Below are positions 14,601 through 28,100 of a stretch of DNA of 64,000 nucleotides, piece after piece. Under the pieces are notes generated by a model. That model saw only the letters and a list, made by a program, of their open reading frames with translations, had not been told where the DNA came from and ran no database searches. How positions within the stretch are numbered: position 1 is the first letter of the stretch; every line of letters starts with the position of its first letter. Source of the stretch: Catajapyx aquilonaris (lineage: Eukaryota); NCBI GenBank assembly GCA_000934665.2, contig KZ538047.1, positions 62,001-126,000 of the forward strand, written 5' to 3'. A program made the position numbers and the translations under genes.

Positions 14601-17138
14601 TTTCAGATTCTGCGAATGGCAGGTGTAGTCTATTAATGCAATTTTTTATTTAAAAAATTCGAATACAACCAGTCTGGTGATGATTTTAATACAATTTTTG
14701 GTAAAAAAATTACACACCCCCTTTTTTTGGAGAAAATTCAAAATTTAAGCAACTTAAAGGGTGGTCCTGGATTGAAGCGCTTAAATTCGCCGCCGTTCAC
14801 AGAAGAGTTGACTTGCAACCGCGTGGTATGCAGAAAAGTAAACAAGGCTGCATGCCTCATAAGCTACCTCAAAATTACCAGACGGTGTAATTAACCTGTC
14901 CGACTTCCCGTGACTCCATCGCAATATTCAGATTCACAGCCTCGCTTTAAAACACTCCCCAGCACCCAAATAGCTGCCAGATAATTGCGGTTGTAAATAT
15001 TTGTCAGATCCGACCTGATAACATGGCAGTAAAAACCTGTCACGTCATTCTGGAGAGCCAGCAATCCTCATTATAAATCTAGCTAAGTTGATTACCTCCG
15101 TCCCGGAAAACATGGAATGATTTTCTTGGGTACGGTTTGGGACCAGTGGAGGTGACAGTTGGCATGACGTTCGTTGGAAGGCCGAATTCATTATACTGGA
15201 GGAGTTTGACTGAGGATGTGTTGAGATGAGGCAGAGAATAAGAGGGACCCCCCCAGCAGAGAGAACGAGTTTCCAAGGCTTCTCCAGAGGGGAATCCCTG
15301 GGCATCAGCAAGGGCAGGATAATTCGGGGTTCCCATCCGGTCTTTTGCCGAGCCGATTAGCGAAGGAACGTCTTGTTCCCCCAGCATTCGTGGCCAGTAA
15401 TTAGGGCCTCTCTCATGGAGATTGGAGAAAGCTCCATGTCTCCTTGGAGAGAGGACCAGACACTCTTGCACGGGACCTTGCACCTTTTATTCTCATTTGC
15501 ATGAAGCGCAGGGAGGACTCGGGGAGAAAATTGCTCGGAGGCTGTTTTCCAGCCTTCCTCTTGTGTTTATAGTCTGTGCTCACATTGTTCTGTACTGTTT
15601 GTACAGGATATATTGTACATGTTCCATTGGCTACTTATGCCTTCAAAATGTCTGAAGGGGGAAAAAAATGTGCTCATACTGATGCAATTCGCAGCTAGCC
15701 ATCTTAATTCCTGACTGAAACGGACATTTCAACCGGAATAATAAGCTGAGTGTCAGTTTGTGCCTGACTTGCTCCAAGTTGCGGTTTTGCAAAAGCCGCA
15801 TCATGAGTTTGTGTGTGTGTATGAAAACCTGGAGTGGCGGGATGTAGGATCAATATCTTATGAAACAGGTTGTGGATAATCCGGTGTGCCACACAGAGAA
15901 CGGCCCAGGAGATCGTCAGATGTTATAATCCCCTTCTGAAATCCCCCAAGCGCCGATTGTGTCCGGATAAACCGAGTGGTGTCGGTAATAGTGCAGGACG
16001 TGCTGGTCTCTCAGGAGAGCTCCCGGTGTTTTTGCTTGTAAAATATTTTTTGCCAGTAGAGAGTGTGGGGCCCTGTATATATGTCCGGAGCTGCCTCCAA
16101 ACCTCGTTTCATGCCCTGTCACCCTTCAATCCCTTCCGGAACCGCCATTACTGTACCCAGCACCTGCCAGTCTTATGTACTGACACCGAGGGATGATCAC
16201 CTAAGAAATCATTAGAGATGCAGCCAATAAATTCTTACTGATTTTGTGTGAGTGGAAGAGCGGAAAAGCAGTAACCGTTATCCGAATATTTCCCCATTAA
16301 AATAGGCAGTAACTTGGGTTTATGGAGGAGAAGAAGGAAAAAGCGCATTTTGAACGTGAGGTTGCGACCGACGTCAGTTGGCTTGGTCGTCGAATTCCAA
16401 AGACATCCTGCGTATAGAGTCGTAAAGCTAATGAGAAATGCAGGGAATTCAGTTTGGGAACTCGTGAGCTAACGGCCACAATTTATCAGGCGGAATAGAG
16501 ACGTTCAGGTCCCCCGGTGCATTACTGCCAAAGACGTTGTTCCACTTTTATACAAACACCGTATAATGCGGAATTATACGGACGATGCAGTCGACACTTA
16601 AATCAAAAAAATTTTATATGAAACGCATGGAATGTAAAGACAGTTGTTGCCACAGCACCGGTGGCATCGGATACTATGCGACATAATTATTTATTTGCAA
16701 AATTACACGCAATCACGCCTAAGGGTGCCAAAACCAGCCTGCTGTCAATCTAGTTTGTGGCACGATCACTGTAGAGTTCAGCCTGAGGTCCATTTTTTTT
16801 GAAATAAATTGTTTAATGCAACATCCAGCATGACCTTCTCTATAATTGAAGTGCTAGTTAACAACCCCCCCTCTTTGTTTCGCCAATTATCCCCCTAAAT
16901 TCGTCGCTCAGTTCGACAGTGTTAATTAATCTGGAGAATGACGTGGCCCCAGCATATCTCTATTCCAAGCGCATAAATTACATGTCACCGAATGACCAAT
17001 CCACACCCGCCACAGAGAGAGAGAAAAAAAAACACTGGTTCCGTCCTGTGATTTTGGTAAATTAGTTCTGAAGTTTCAACACTCCAATGTCAGAATTTAA
17101 TACCTTGATTTATTTGTTTCGATTTTTTTCTTCCGCAG

Positions 17139-17359
17139 ACCGAGACCACTGGTATGCGGCAGCCCGAAGCACCCTGGAGCGCATGGTTGGTCAGCCTTGG
17201 CACACGAGCGTGGCCAGAAACGTGATCCTGTTTGTGGGTGACGGTATGGGGATCTCGACAGTGACTGCTGCCCGGATCCTACGGGGACAGAAGGAAGGCA
17301 GCCCAGGAGAGGAGCACCAGCTAGCCTTTGAGAAGTTCCCTTTCTTAGCCTTGGCCAAA
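17139..17359 (+). CDS. ALP: Alkaline phosphatase coding exon (N-terminal helix and first metal-binding Asp)
   Basis: Acceptor ttttttcttccgcag| and donor |gtaagg. Encodes (D)RDHWYAAARSTLERMVGQPWHTSVARNVILFVGDGMGISTVTAARILRGQKEGSPGEEHQLAFEKFPFLALAK. ARNVILFVGDGMG is the canonical alkaline phosphatase motif. Starts in phase 1, ends in phase 0. Confidence 0.97.
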
Positions 17360-20300
17360 GTAAGGGGGGGTCTTTAGATCTCTTCTCTTGTCCCGAGCTT
17401 GACGTTCCTTTGCCCTGAACATTTCCCAAGCTCGTCCCCCTCCCCCCCTCCCCAAAACTTTCCTTATCATAAAGTGAGGGTAGTAATTAATTTCCGGAAT
17501 ATTTATGGCGGGGGCAAGACTTTGCCCGTCCTTTGTTATGCCTTGACTTTTAGACCCAGGAGTTTCCACTACAATGCCTGGAAGCTGCTGGAACGATATA
17601 GGGAGTGACTGACACTGCAGTATCTCTTATCCGGATTTTCTTTTTTAAAAAACAGTTAATTTTTCACATGTACTGTAAGTGGCAAAAGGCCATGGATATG
17701 CCACTAGTGGAGTAAATCAAGTTAATTGCCAACCCCCCTTTTTTTACATACCAGAGCAGGACTCGCTCAATACATGCGGAGGAATATATGAAAATTGGAG
17801 GTGAAAGTTGGGCACACAAACTGTTTGTGCACACAAACCATTATGCTGTGTTGTCCCCCCCGGTTTTTAACGCATTGTTGGCGAGTCGTCTCGTATTCGC
17901 AGTGGAAGCCAAAAAAATATATATACACGAGCTTTTCCCCCCAGTTTGAATAAATGTGCTCTCCGGAGCGCGGTACTGCGCAATAGCAGAGCATGAACCA
18001 GAGTTACTTCGCATACATTAATCTCCGTACTTGGAGGGGGGAGAGAGAGAAATGTGCAGTGGAGCTGTTAGTGTGAAACAGGGGCCCATTTCTGACTGTC
18101 ATCGTACTAATGGGCAAGCGGGCTCTTTCAAATTAATTTGTACCATTTAGTCACGTAATTAATTCCTACATGCATCAAGCGGCAGAAGGCAACTGGTTAA
18201 GCCACATCTTCGTTCAAACACACCTTACGATGCGGCTTAACCTTCAATTCCTAAGTTCAGTGTACCCAATTTACACTTTTTTGTGTGTGTCTGTGCCTAG
18301 ATCGTTATAGTCCCCAAACAGCGCAGTGTAAGGCGGGCAAAATAATTTATCACCATTCACTCTGGTTTGTCTCAAAACCGCAGGCCCCTTACGCGGAATC
18401 CTCCGCCTTCTCCGTCGTTAATTAATCTAGCTTCCGCATGGCAAGTCATCTTAACGTAACCTCCTCGGCTTAGGAAACTTAAGTCCGGCACGTTACTGTA
18501 TACCCGACGCGTATATATAACAAATTCTATTTACAAACGGCGCCGATGCCATGGCTGCAGAATCTTAACATGTCATTATCTCCATGGCCGTATAATGCAA
18601 TTCCGGCTCGTGATGTTGGCTTACCTGCGGCGGTATAAAAGAGATAGCATTTTGAGGGTACCCGCAGTTATACCTACTGGCATATCCTGCTATATAGCCT
18701 CGTCAGCTGAGCGACTGGGGCAACGAAATTTTTATGGCGTTTTTTTTGTGGAGAGCTGATTCGATCGGCATCCGAAAGCATATTTTTCTCCTCATATCAA
18801 CTTGTATGCGCCGAGGGAACAGTATTTCATTACATGCAGACTATGGTTTTTGCAAAGGGGCTCGTTAGATTTTTTTTTTTTTTTGAGAGAGAGAGTACAA
18901 AAAAGAGAGAGGATCGCGACACCATTATCTCTGCCAGAGGTTACTTGGCAAGTTCGCAGGCTGCGGCCACTCGCCTATTAAATTACACCCTTTTATTGCG
19001 ATAGGAAGCAGAAACGTCCGTTAGAAACGGACCGTGTGCCTTTTTGTCACTTTTCTTTCTTTTTGATTGTGACTTGGATGCGAAGGTTCAAACCTTACTG
19101 TTGAACACAAAAAAGACGTTTCATGGATTGGAAAATCACTGGCATGAATCTCTCTCATTCCATTTGGATTTTTTCACGATCTGAATTTTGTTTAGTTTCG
19201 TTCTCATTACATCAGCAGGTGTAGTGCTTCTTTTTAATTTTTATATACTGTATTTCGATACCCTTTGATATGCTTTCAGGACTCTTCAAGAGACTTCGAG
19301 CTGTTATAATTAATTGAACTATAATTATCTCAAAAACATATGAAATCTCATTGCACTGTACCTTCAGTAGGATTTTACACTACACAATTACCAGGATTGC
19401 CAGTATAATAATGTAAAAAGAGTCTAGAATTAATAGCCATAACAATAACATGATAAGTCCTGTCTCCTCAGGATATTCCAGGTTCTGTCCGGATGTTGTA
19501 CAGTACACGTAATATTAGGACTTCAAGCACCAGTAGATGCAAGAAAAATAGTGATGGTGTTTTTTTTTCCATAATGCATTACCGGTGTGTGCCACTGTAT
19601 ATCTTGATGATAAATGAATAGGAATTACCTTGGGGATTTTTCCGGTGGATTTGATATGATTAAAAAAATATTGCGCACACCGGGTTTTTGAAAATTCTCT
19701 GTGACTGATAATGCTGGTCTGTACAACGTTTCCTAAATTAAAACCTGTGGGAAACTTAGGCTTAAAAACTGCGAAATTTTCTCTGCATTTGTAATCCGGA
19801 CTTTGGTCGGCAGGGAATGAGGTTCTCCTCCCGGATGAAAATGACAAGAAGAGGTTTTTTAAAATACATGGTAAATGGCAGAATTGTTCGGTCACGAAAT
19901 CGTAACTGTATATAGCAACCTATATAAGCTGCGCACTCACGATATTATGGTTTCATTCATGTGTTAAGCTTCGACAGAACGTCCTAATCTTCTTATAGCT
20001 ATTCCGTGACTATAATCCGAGTATCATGAACATTTTTCTGACAATTGATGCTTTAACTGACAACACCATTAGTAGTTAATAGTGTTCTGTGGCGCTTTCT
20101 TCTTTGAATAATTTAGAACTACAATGCATTGTTGTTGCCTCTATAAGGTAATGAACAGTACAGCAAAAATACATATTATTCGAGAAATAATATTACGTTG
20201 CACCTCTATATGAATCAAAATGGCATTAAATAGGTCGCTAGGTAAATTTTGAAATGAAACAGGCAGAGACGTTTTAAATCATTTCATTAGCGCTGGACAT

Positions 20301-20990
20301 GCAAAAATTCAATATTGGAATAAGTAAACGGACTTGCGTAATATAATAGTTACGCTGCCCTGGTGATAATTATATTCCGCAGTTCCTGAAGGGCCCAGAA
20401 GCAATATTCCCAAAGTAAACAGTTCCGTTAAATCTATGCCGAAGCTCTTCGAGTGCCGAGGCGGAGCAGCCCAGTCATCCATGCTGTTTTGAAAGGTGTG
20501 TAAATTCCTGGGAGAAAATCATACACAAGGAAAATGCTGCTTGGATCAGATCCAAAATATTCAGTCCCCCCAAAATGCTGACACGCCAGCTCATCATATT
20601 AATCGTCCAATAGTATACTCTTTTTTTCCGCCTCTTCTCCGAGGTTTGCCAATGTAATTGGCGATCCGCCGCTACTCGGGCATTAAAGTCACCTCGGATT
20701 ATGGCTGGCGCTGTCATGAGCTTTACGATACGCTGGCGATAAGCCTTTATGCTCGCATGATTCGTGCAAAAGAGTGGTCGCGGACACGGGATTGGAGGCG
20801 AGCCTGTTGGTGGATTGTTGACACATTTTGGCCAGGGCCACTGGGTATAGGTAGCGCTATAATGGACGATGAGGTTTCGACTCGGGTAGTCCGTCAGCTT
20901 TACACGACCGACAAGGTTGATGCATCACTCTTACTTTAGACACTCTGCTGTAAAATGGTGCAGTCGGGCATGTTTCTTGCCATTTAGATC

Positions 20991-21559
20991 CACGGGGCTC
21001 AAAATGTCACCCATGAATATCGATACAGTCATAGGAAATGCATTTAGTACGTATCGATATTTTCATCTGCGATGTATCGATATAATGCTTAAAATGTCAC
21101 CCATGAATATCGATATATCTCGGGGGGAATATCGATACATATGAAGTGATGATATGTATCGATATTATCCTCCGAGGTATATCAATATAAGGAAAACATC
21201 GATACATAATTATGAAACGCTTTTGATATGTGTCGATATTTTTCTCCGCAATATATCGATATAAGGCTCAAAATGTCACCCATGAATATCGATATATCGC
21301 GGAGGAAAATATCGATACATATGAAGTGATGATATGTATCGATATTATCCTCCGAGGTATATCAATATAAGGAAAACATCGATACATAATTATGAAACGC
21401 TTTTGATATGTGTCGATATTTTTCTCCGCAATATATCGATATAAGGCTCAAAATGTCACCCATTAATATCGATATATCACGGAGGAAAATATCGATACAT
21501 ATGAAATCCATTTTCTCCTCGATATATCGATATTCGTGGATGAAGTTTTGAGCCACGCG
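20991..21559. mobile_element. Putative non-autonomous DNA transposon (MITE/foldback-like) with TIRs and internal repeats
   Basis: 20991-21025 (cacggggctcaaaatgtcacccatgaatatcgata) matches the reverse complement of 21525-21559 at 29 of 35 positions. The interior consists of repeats of TIR-related sequence and has no coding capacity. No exact target-site duplication is visible. Confidence 0.65.
21091..21505. repeat. 180-bp tandem repeat (about 2.3 copies), rich in ATCGAT
   Basis: 21129-21308 and 21309-21488 differ at only 2 positions by eye. The motif aaaatgtcaccca recurs at 21001, 21091, 21270 and 21450. Confidence 0.95.
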
Positions 21560-21925
21560 ATTGGTTCGATGTGACGTCAATGGTCCGGATTGGCCTACTT
21601 TAATTTCTCTCCGGGCTGACATCCGGAACGAATTTTCTTTTTTGCATACTGTATATATCTGACGTAACTTACACTTACTCAAAGCGTTATTTCACGGTAC
21701 ATGATGTTATTCTGGGGTTTGCAGAACAAAAAGTGCGGCACACTCGTTCACTGTCACAATGCGCCAAGGGCACGCTCAGAAACATGACACACACTGAATA
21801 TACGCCAAAATGTGCGATGTCTTATATATATTTTTTCCTTCTGGCTCTCCCCTCTTCCCAGTGTTCTTGACTTTTTTTTTTTTTTTTGGCAATGCTGTTT
21901 TTTTGATGTCGCTCTTTGGTTGCAG

Positions 21926-22100
21926 ACTTATAACAACGACGCTCAAGTGGGTGATTCGTCGGCGTGTGCGACGGCCCTGATGTGCGGAGTGAAGGGCAAT
22001 CTGGAGACAGTGGGAGTGGATGGAACCGCTCGTTTCGAGGATTGCTTCTCTTCTCTGGCTGCCAGGGTGCCCTCGCTATTCGACTGGGCACAGAGAGAAG
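21926..22100 (+). CDS. ALP: Alkaline phosphatase coding exon (catalytic serine)
   Basis: Acceptor ctctttggttgcag| and donor |gtacgt. Encodes TYNNDAQVGDSSACATALMCGVKGNLETVGVDGTARFEDCFSSLAARVPSLFDWAQRE(G). Phase 0 to 1, 175 nt. Confidence 0.97.
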
Positions 22101-25100
22101 GTACGTGGCTGCATCATCATTGCTGCGCGACCCCTCCCCAAGTTTCCGTATACAAACGGCCCGGACAGGATAAATATACGAGCACTTTCGTGGGGGCTCG
22201 GATTTTTGCACACTGGAGTCGTAAAGAACTGGGGATTTTTGCAGAAGACACGTTGATTTGTGGCGTGGCTCCTAAATATGGAGTGGGGAGATACTGGAAA
22301 ATGCGTTAAATGTCCAACTGTCGCTGGTCGTAAATTTCAGCCTGTGGCTCCGATTCTTATTCCTATTTGAGGACTATATAGGAACCCGGATTTTTTTTTT
22401 TACTTGTATAATTCATGGTCATTTTTAGGTGGGACTTGGCTGTCCCATTGCATTTCACATGGAGGTTATGAGCGAGTGGACATCCGGTCCAACACTCTTT
22501 TCATATGTAGTGCAATTGATCATTCCAGACTGGACCGGTGGAGACTTGCGCAATCTGGCGACGATAAAATGGTAATCTATCCTTCAGTTTTTTTGTCGCG
22601 AAAAAAAATGTACTGATGATCACGAGCATTGCGAAAAGTGACGAAAATAGGTGGAAGTGAATGATTGAGGCGTCAGCTCACTCTGAAGACTAGGCGGGAA
22701 AAAAAGACGGTCATTTCAGAACTGAAATGGAAGGTTCAGGCTCAGAAAAAAAAAGAAGTGTCTCTCCCTGCTCCTTTTCTCTTCTGTGAGCGTGGAAAAA
22801 GGCAGATTGCGAGCAGAGACATTTGCACTTGAATGCCGTGAGAAGTCGTTGTGACCTAAAAGATACTGTTTTTTACGACAAGAGAACGGGTCCAGAAGTC
22901 GTCGTCCGTTGCAGGGAAGGGAAAAAGAAGCCGCATATTGGGCAGGAAGTCCTCCCATGTTTATCTTCTGTGATCTGGAACATTTCCAAATGATGCAGTT
23001 GAATTCCAGGCTCAGATGCACTGAATATGATGGGAGCCCAACACCTTTCTGGGCACGATCCTGCCTCCAGCAGCGGTCCATATAAACGCCTGAAGAGGAA
23101 AGGGGGGAAAAAAGAGTAGTATGTGGATTACTACTATCCGGCATGTATTGGGTCACTTGCATCGTGCCGCATGAGATTCGGGAGCCAATACTGCAGCACT
23201 CAAGTTGGTGTTGGCTTTACTGCCTCTTTTACGGCCATATACACTTTCATGAGCCAGTTCAGATTGCGTCAGTAAAAGAGGAAAGGAATATTAATTTTCT
23301 GGAGAGGAGGAGGAGGAGGAAAAGAGTGCGTGGGCTGGATTGATATTTCGATAGGTTGCACCTGAATGTGCGAGGTTTAATCAAGAGTAAAATGTTAATA
23401 TGCTAGTAACAGGTTCATATTATGTAACATTTTACATAGGCGAAAGGTCTCAGTTTTTGGTTACGACTTCTATGATTCGGCAGGACCTAATGATTATTAC
23501 AGAAACAGTTGGTCCGTAATAATTTATGGGATATGATAATCACCTGGTAGGTATGAGTTTGTAAAAGCTAAATGGAAACCGGAATTATACAGCAGCTACC
23601 TTTCGCCATTATAGGAAGCCCCTAAGAGGAATATTTAGAATGAAAATATTATGGCCCCCAAGTGTACACTGCACAGCTTCAGCTCTGTATAATGCAATTG
23701 AAATATGTACAGATTCTATCATGAAGTTAGTGATTGAAGGTGTAGATAAATACGGACTATTGCCTGCTGCTCTGTTCGAATTGTAGACATATAGTTCAAC
23801 CTGCGAAAAATATATTATATTCACACCTCACACCAACTGACCAACAATGATAGGTTTGCGATGACTCTTCCATCTATGAGCAGGTGAATCTATACGTTTG
23901 GCTTCGCTCCTTGCGTTATTATTGCTCGATTATACCGCATTTGTAGAATGATACCATACTGTAAAATTGGCAAAATTTTACTCATTCATTATTAGTCAAA
24001 AGGTATGCCAAATGGATAATATTTTTTCTGGCCGGAAAGCATACTTTATGGAGCTGGAAATTACTACGAGGTTATTGAGTATTACACATAATTCAAAAAA
24101 ACAGTCGTGTGCACAAATTTTATTAATTATTGCTCAGTAATAATTTGATAAAAATCTTCATCCACTCGTATCGGGCTCACATGGTGCGCAACCCATTAAT
24201 TTGACATTTACCGGTACATAATTCAGTGCTACTGCAGTGAGTTTTTGGGCTCTGCACATAACTGGCCCATATCAGGTTCTTGTCGCAATCGATGTATTGC
24301 TAAATTGTTACCCAAAAAAACAAGTTTTTTATTCTTCCTACAACCCTGATTGAACTTGAGATATATTTTTGTAGGTTCTGTTCGAGAGATAATATCTGCG
24401 GATTAATCTAGGAGATTCCCCGACCTGTATTCTCTGCACGAATAATATTGCATCGATTTTTGCTCGTAGGCGTGCTGTTTTCTTCCTGTCACATTTAATG
24501 GCATAAATTCCGAAGCTAGAAAAGCCAAAGCGAGAGAAGAAGAAGAAAAAAGAATGTCAAACTCGGAACACGGTTTCATTGTCTTTTCTTCCGAGAGTCT
24601 GATTGCATCTTATTTACTTTAGACATCACCAGTGTAGAGGAAATGATTACAGTGCAAGAGTCGCCATTAATTCGCTAGGTTGAGCCCGGACTTTTCTAAT
24701 TTGTCTTTGCAGTCCTCGAGGAGACAACGCTAGAAATATATTTCTTAAAAAGGTATTTCTTGCACAGTGTTGTCATTCTTATATTCTTAAAGGATATGCT
24801 TTTATTAATAGTAATAATAATCCAGCCACCTTTTAATGTTCCGAAAAACCGTACTCTGTTGTTGATTCTGAGTGAGTTAATCTTAGTATATGGTCTCACT
24901 TTGCACTCCGACTCCGAACTAATGTCCTCAGCTTCTATTTCTCCTCCACATATCCCTTAGAAAGTTCTATCACTTTCCCCAAGCGTATCTTTTGCTCCGA
25001 ACATGCACACCATAGAGAGAGCCCCCTGGTTTGGGCTGGCTGGCTCCAAAATTGAAAGTCGAGTTTCTGTCTATGGTTCTCGCCACCTTTGATCCTTTAC

Positions 25101-28100
25101 TCTTGGCATATTAGTGCTGGGAGCCAACACTCTAACCCCTTCCCCCTCTTTGTTGCACCGAGCAAATACTCTTGAAGGATATATATAGGGTTGGAGATAG
25201 AGTATTGAGCTATCCTATTGGAACTCTGGTTAACAAAAGAGTCCGTTAACAAGCCAGCCATTTTCCCTTGACTTCCGCGTCGATGCCGTTTAAAAGGGTA
25301 AGTCCTAAGGGGAATTAATCCGGTGACGGATTTTTGCGCAACTCAGAAAAGACGCTCAGGCGGAAAAAAAGGGGGGCCGAAACGATTTAACTGCATTTCC
25401 AAGTCCGTGCCGTCAAACTGTAAACCTCTTATTTGCTACTCGTTTTCGCACTCCATTGACGATGCACATGCAACTGATGGAACCTATTTGTTACTGAACC
25501 TTAAAAGCCTTTTTGCTTTAGCTTTTTCGCCCGTTAGAGAAGCCGATTAGAAGTCATAGGGAGCGCTCTCTCAGGCACACAAAAGAGCTTAATTATAATG
25601 ATACGCTATACGTCGAGGGAGACTATAATATGTCAAATGTCACAGGGGCACATTCATTAAGGTTTTTTTTGTAGAAATTATTATCAAATTACTTGCAAAT
25701 AATACAAAATTGGGCATTTACAGCCAGTGATTACACTGTAAAAATTGTTTCGATTCTCACTTTTTCTTCCACTTGTTTTGAGTGAAAATTTTTGACTCAA
25801 AATCTGTCTTGAATTCAGCACTTTCTCTTTAAAAACAATGTGTATCCAAGGTGCACAGAGTTGTGCTAAAAACATACGAAAATTGTGGACATTGATTCAT
25901 TTTTGTACACAAGACGTGTGTCTTCATCATACACTAGGATGTGTATACATCATACACACACGTTGTGTATCTTTGTACACAAAACTTTGTGATAAGTAGT
26001 ACAATGCAGTTGGCCAGTGCACCACCCTGTATTTCACTGATATAAGAGACACATATTTCTGAAACTATTTCCCAATACATCTCAGAACCGAGAGTCAATT
26101 TGCACTTGATCGAGGCACAGCAGTAACAGTAAGATTCGAAGTGGTACAATATGATACGCAGTGTTTCGAGGCGTCTTTGCACCCACATATATAAGTTATC
26201 TGCAGCTTTTGTTCCGCTGCAGACCCCCTTTTTTTTCTTTCTCTCGCGACTCGGCAAACGACCGGCATATTCCATTTTCATCTTATACGGGCGCCTTCTC
26301 CTCCAGATTTGTTCGATATTCGGGCATAGGCAGAAGGGGGGGTAGTTCGCTCAAGTCTAGCGGCACAAAAGGAGTAGGGGGGGGGGGGNGGGGGGGGAGC
26401 CTACTAGCAAGCTACCCAAGGCGAGAAAAGCAGGAGCCCAAGTCTGATGCTGGCCATAACTTGAGAGCAGAGTTTATGAAAAAGTGAGAAAAAAAGCCCC
26501 AATAGAATACAAGTCAGGATAGAGAGAGAATTGACCAAAGAAAGCACTAGCAACTGCCATATTTTCGTAAATCAAGGCATTATTTTCTTCAGAACCTGAC
26601 GAGGAATATATTAACTATTGGCTGATTCGATTTTGAAACTCTCACCGCAATTTTTTTTTTTTGAACCCTCTCATTAGTCTATCGTAGCACCAAAAGTCAT
26701 AAATCATCCGAAGTAAATCTGCGTCATAATGCATTTTTTGGGGGGAGAACCAGATGGATAAAAATGGACCAAGTAGGCTGCAATAAATCCCAATGCTGCA
26801 TTACTATATAGTTAGAGGAGTACAGTATTGTGATAATGGAGCTTGATTGATGTTATCCGGTCCGAAATAGGATCCAGTTCCAACCCCCTTTTCGTGACAC
26901 CAGAACGTGAATAAAGTCTCATTTTACGTGTCTCTTTTACTACTCTGTCGTCGGAAGAATTTATAATGATATATAGTACCCCCGGCCACTCAGTCTGTTC
27001 AGACAAAAATATGGAAAAGAAACCAGTTGGAGAAAAGTACATACTTTATAAAGTTGGTAATAATGCACTGCGCAAGAAATAATCAAAATTAGGAATAGTT
27101 ACTCAAGAACGAAATTTATGCAGCAGCTTAATGGAAATCTTTGATACTATATTATTCTCCTTAAGGGTTCATGTTTTAGTGTTCGGCATATTTCAGTATA
27201 ATTAAGGGAAATGGTGAGGAAGTTTGAACCGAGCACCGCTCCAGACTAAGTTCATTACAGTACTTTTTAAAAAACCAACCAGCTTTGAGTGACTATAGTA
27301 ATGCACGTATACTCTACAGACAGGTACTGGACTACTAATGAACATACAAATTTTGTATTGTAAGTTTCATGTGAATTACCCATAATACGTACGAGAGCTA
27401 TTTTCTTTATTAATGTTAACTTAGTTATTAATTACCTGCAGCACTCACATCCTTCATACATGAGCTGAAAACTTTTAGAACCTCAAGCGTACCCAACATT
27501 AACCGTTGTGCAGAAGTGGGCCTCAAAAGTAGTAAAAACGAATTCATGTGATGAGTCCCTACCCCTTGCTTGAGCTTAAAATATTACCTTGGGAATAAAG
27601 TAACATAACTAAGGCGGAGGTTTTTTTTTAAATACATGAAATTCCTCTGAGACGTTACCGCACCTGTTTCATACAGCGTTGCATATGCAATGTTCCATTA
27701 AACCCAATTTTTCCCCTACTTAAAGAACATTCAAATTACTGGAAGTCATTTTGCATGTCCAAAATGCGGAGTGTCTCCATGCAGAATTGCCCATAGGAGT
27801 GCAGTGATTTCCCGCAGGATTAACTATAGAGTCCCTGAGATGCGGTCCTTCACTTCTAAACCGCTCCTCATCGTCGCTCGACTCTCTCTTGTCTATAAAA
27901 GTAAACATAAACCAGTCGCTTTTGCAAACTTTGAGCCCCCAGCTCGGGAGCATTTCTTCAGAGAGGAAAAAAAAAATCCTTACCGTTTGTCAACAAGACG
28001 GGGACCAAAACATCGGATTCTCAAGAGGGGAAGGGGAGGCTCATGTTAGCTAATTACTTTGAGCATGAGACCGTTGCCGGAATTAAGTGTTTGATTATGA

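Noticed and set aside
20991..21559. CRISPR-like array
   Set aside because: The sequence between the repeated motifs is itself repeated, so there are no unique spacers. The context is a eukaryotic intron and no cas genes are present.
20983..21567. 8-bp hAT-type TSD around the TIR element
   Set aside because: The flanks tttagatc and attggttc match at only 5 of 8 positions, which is not enough to claim a TSD.
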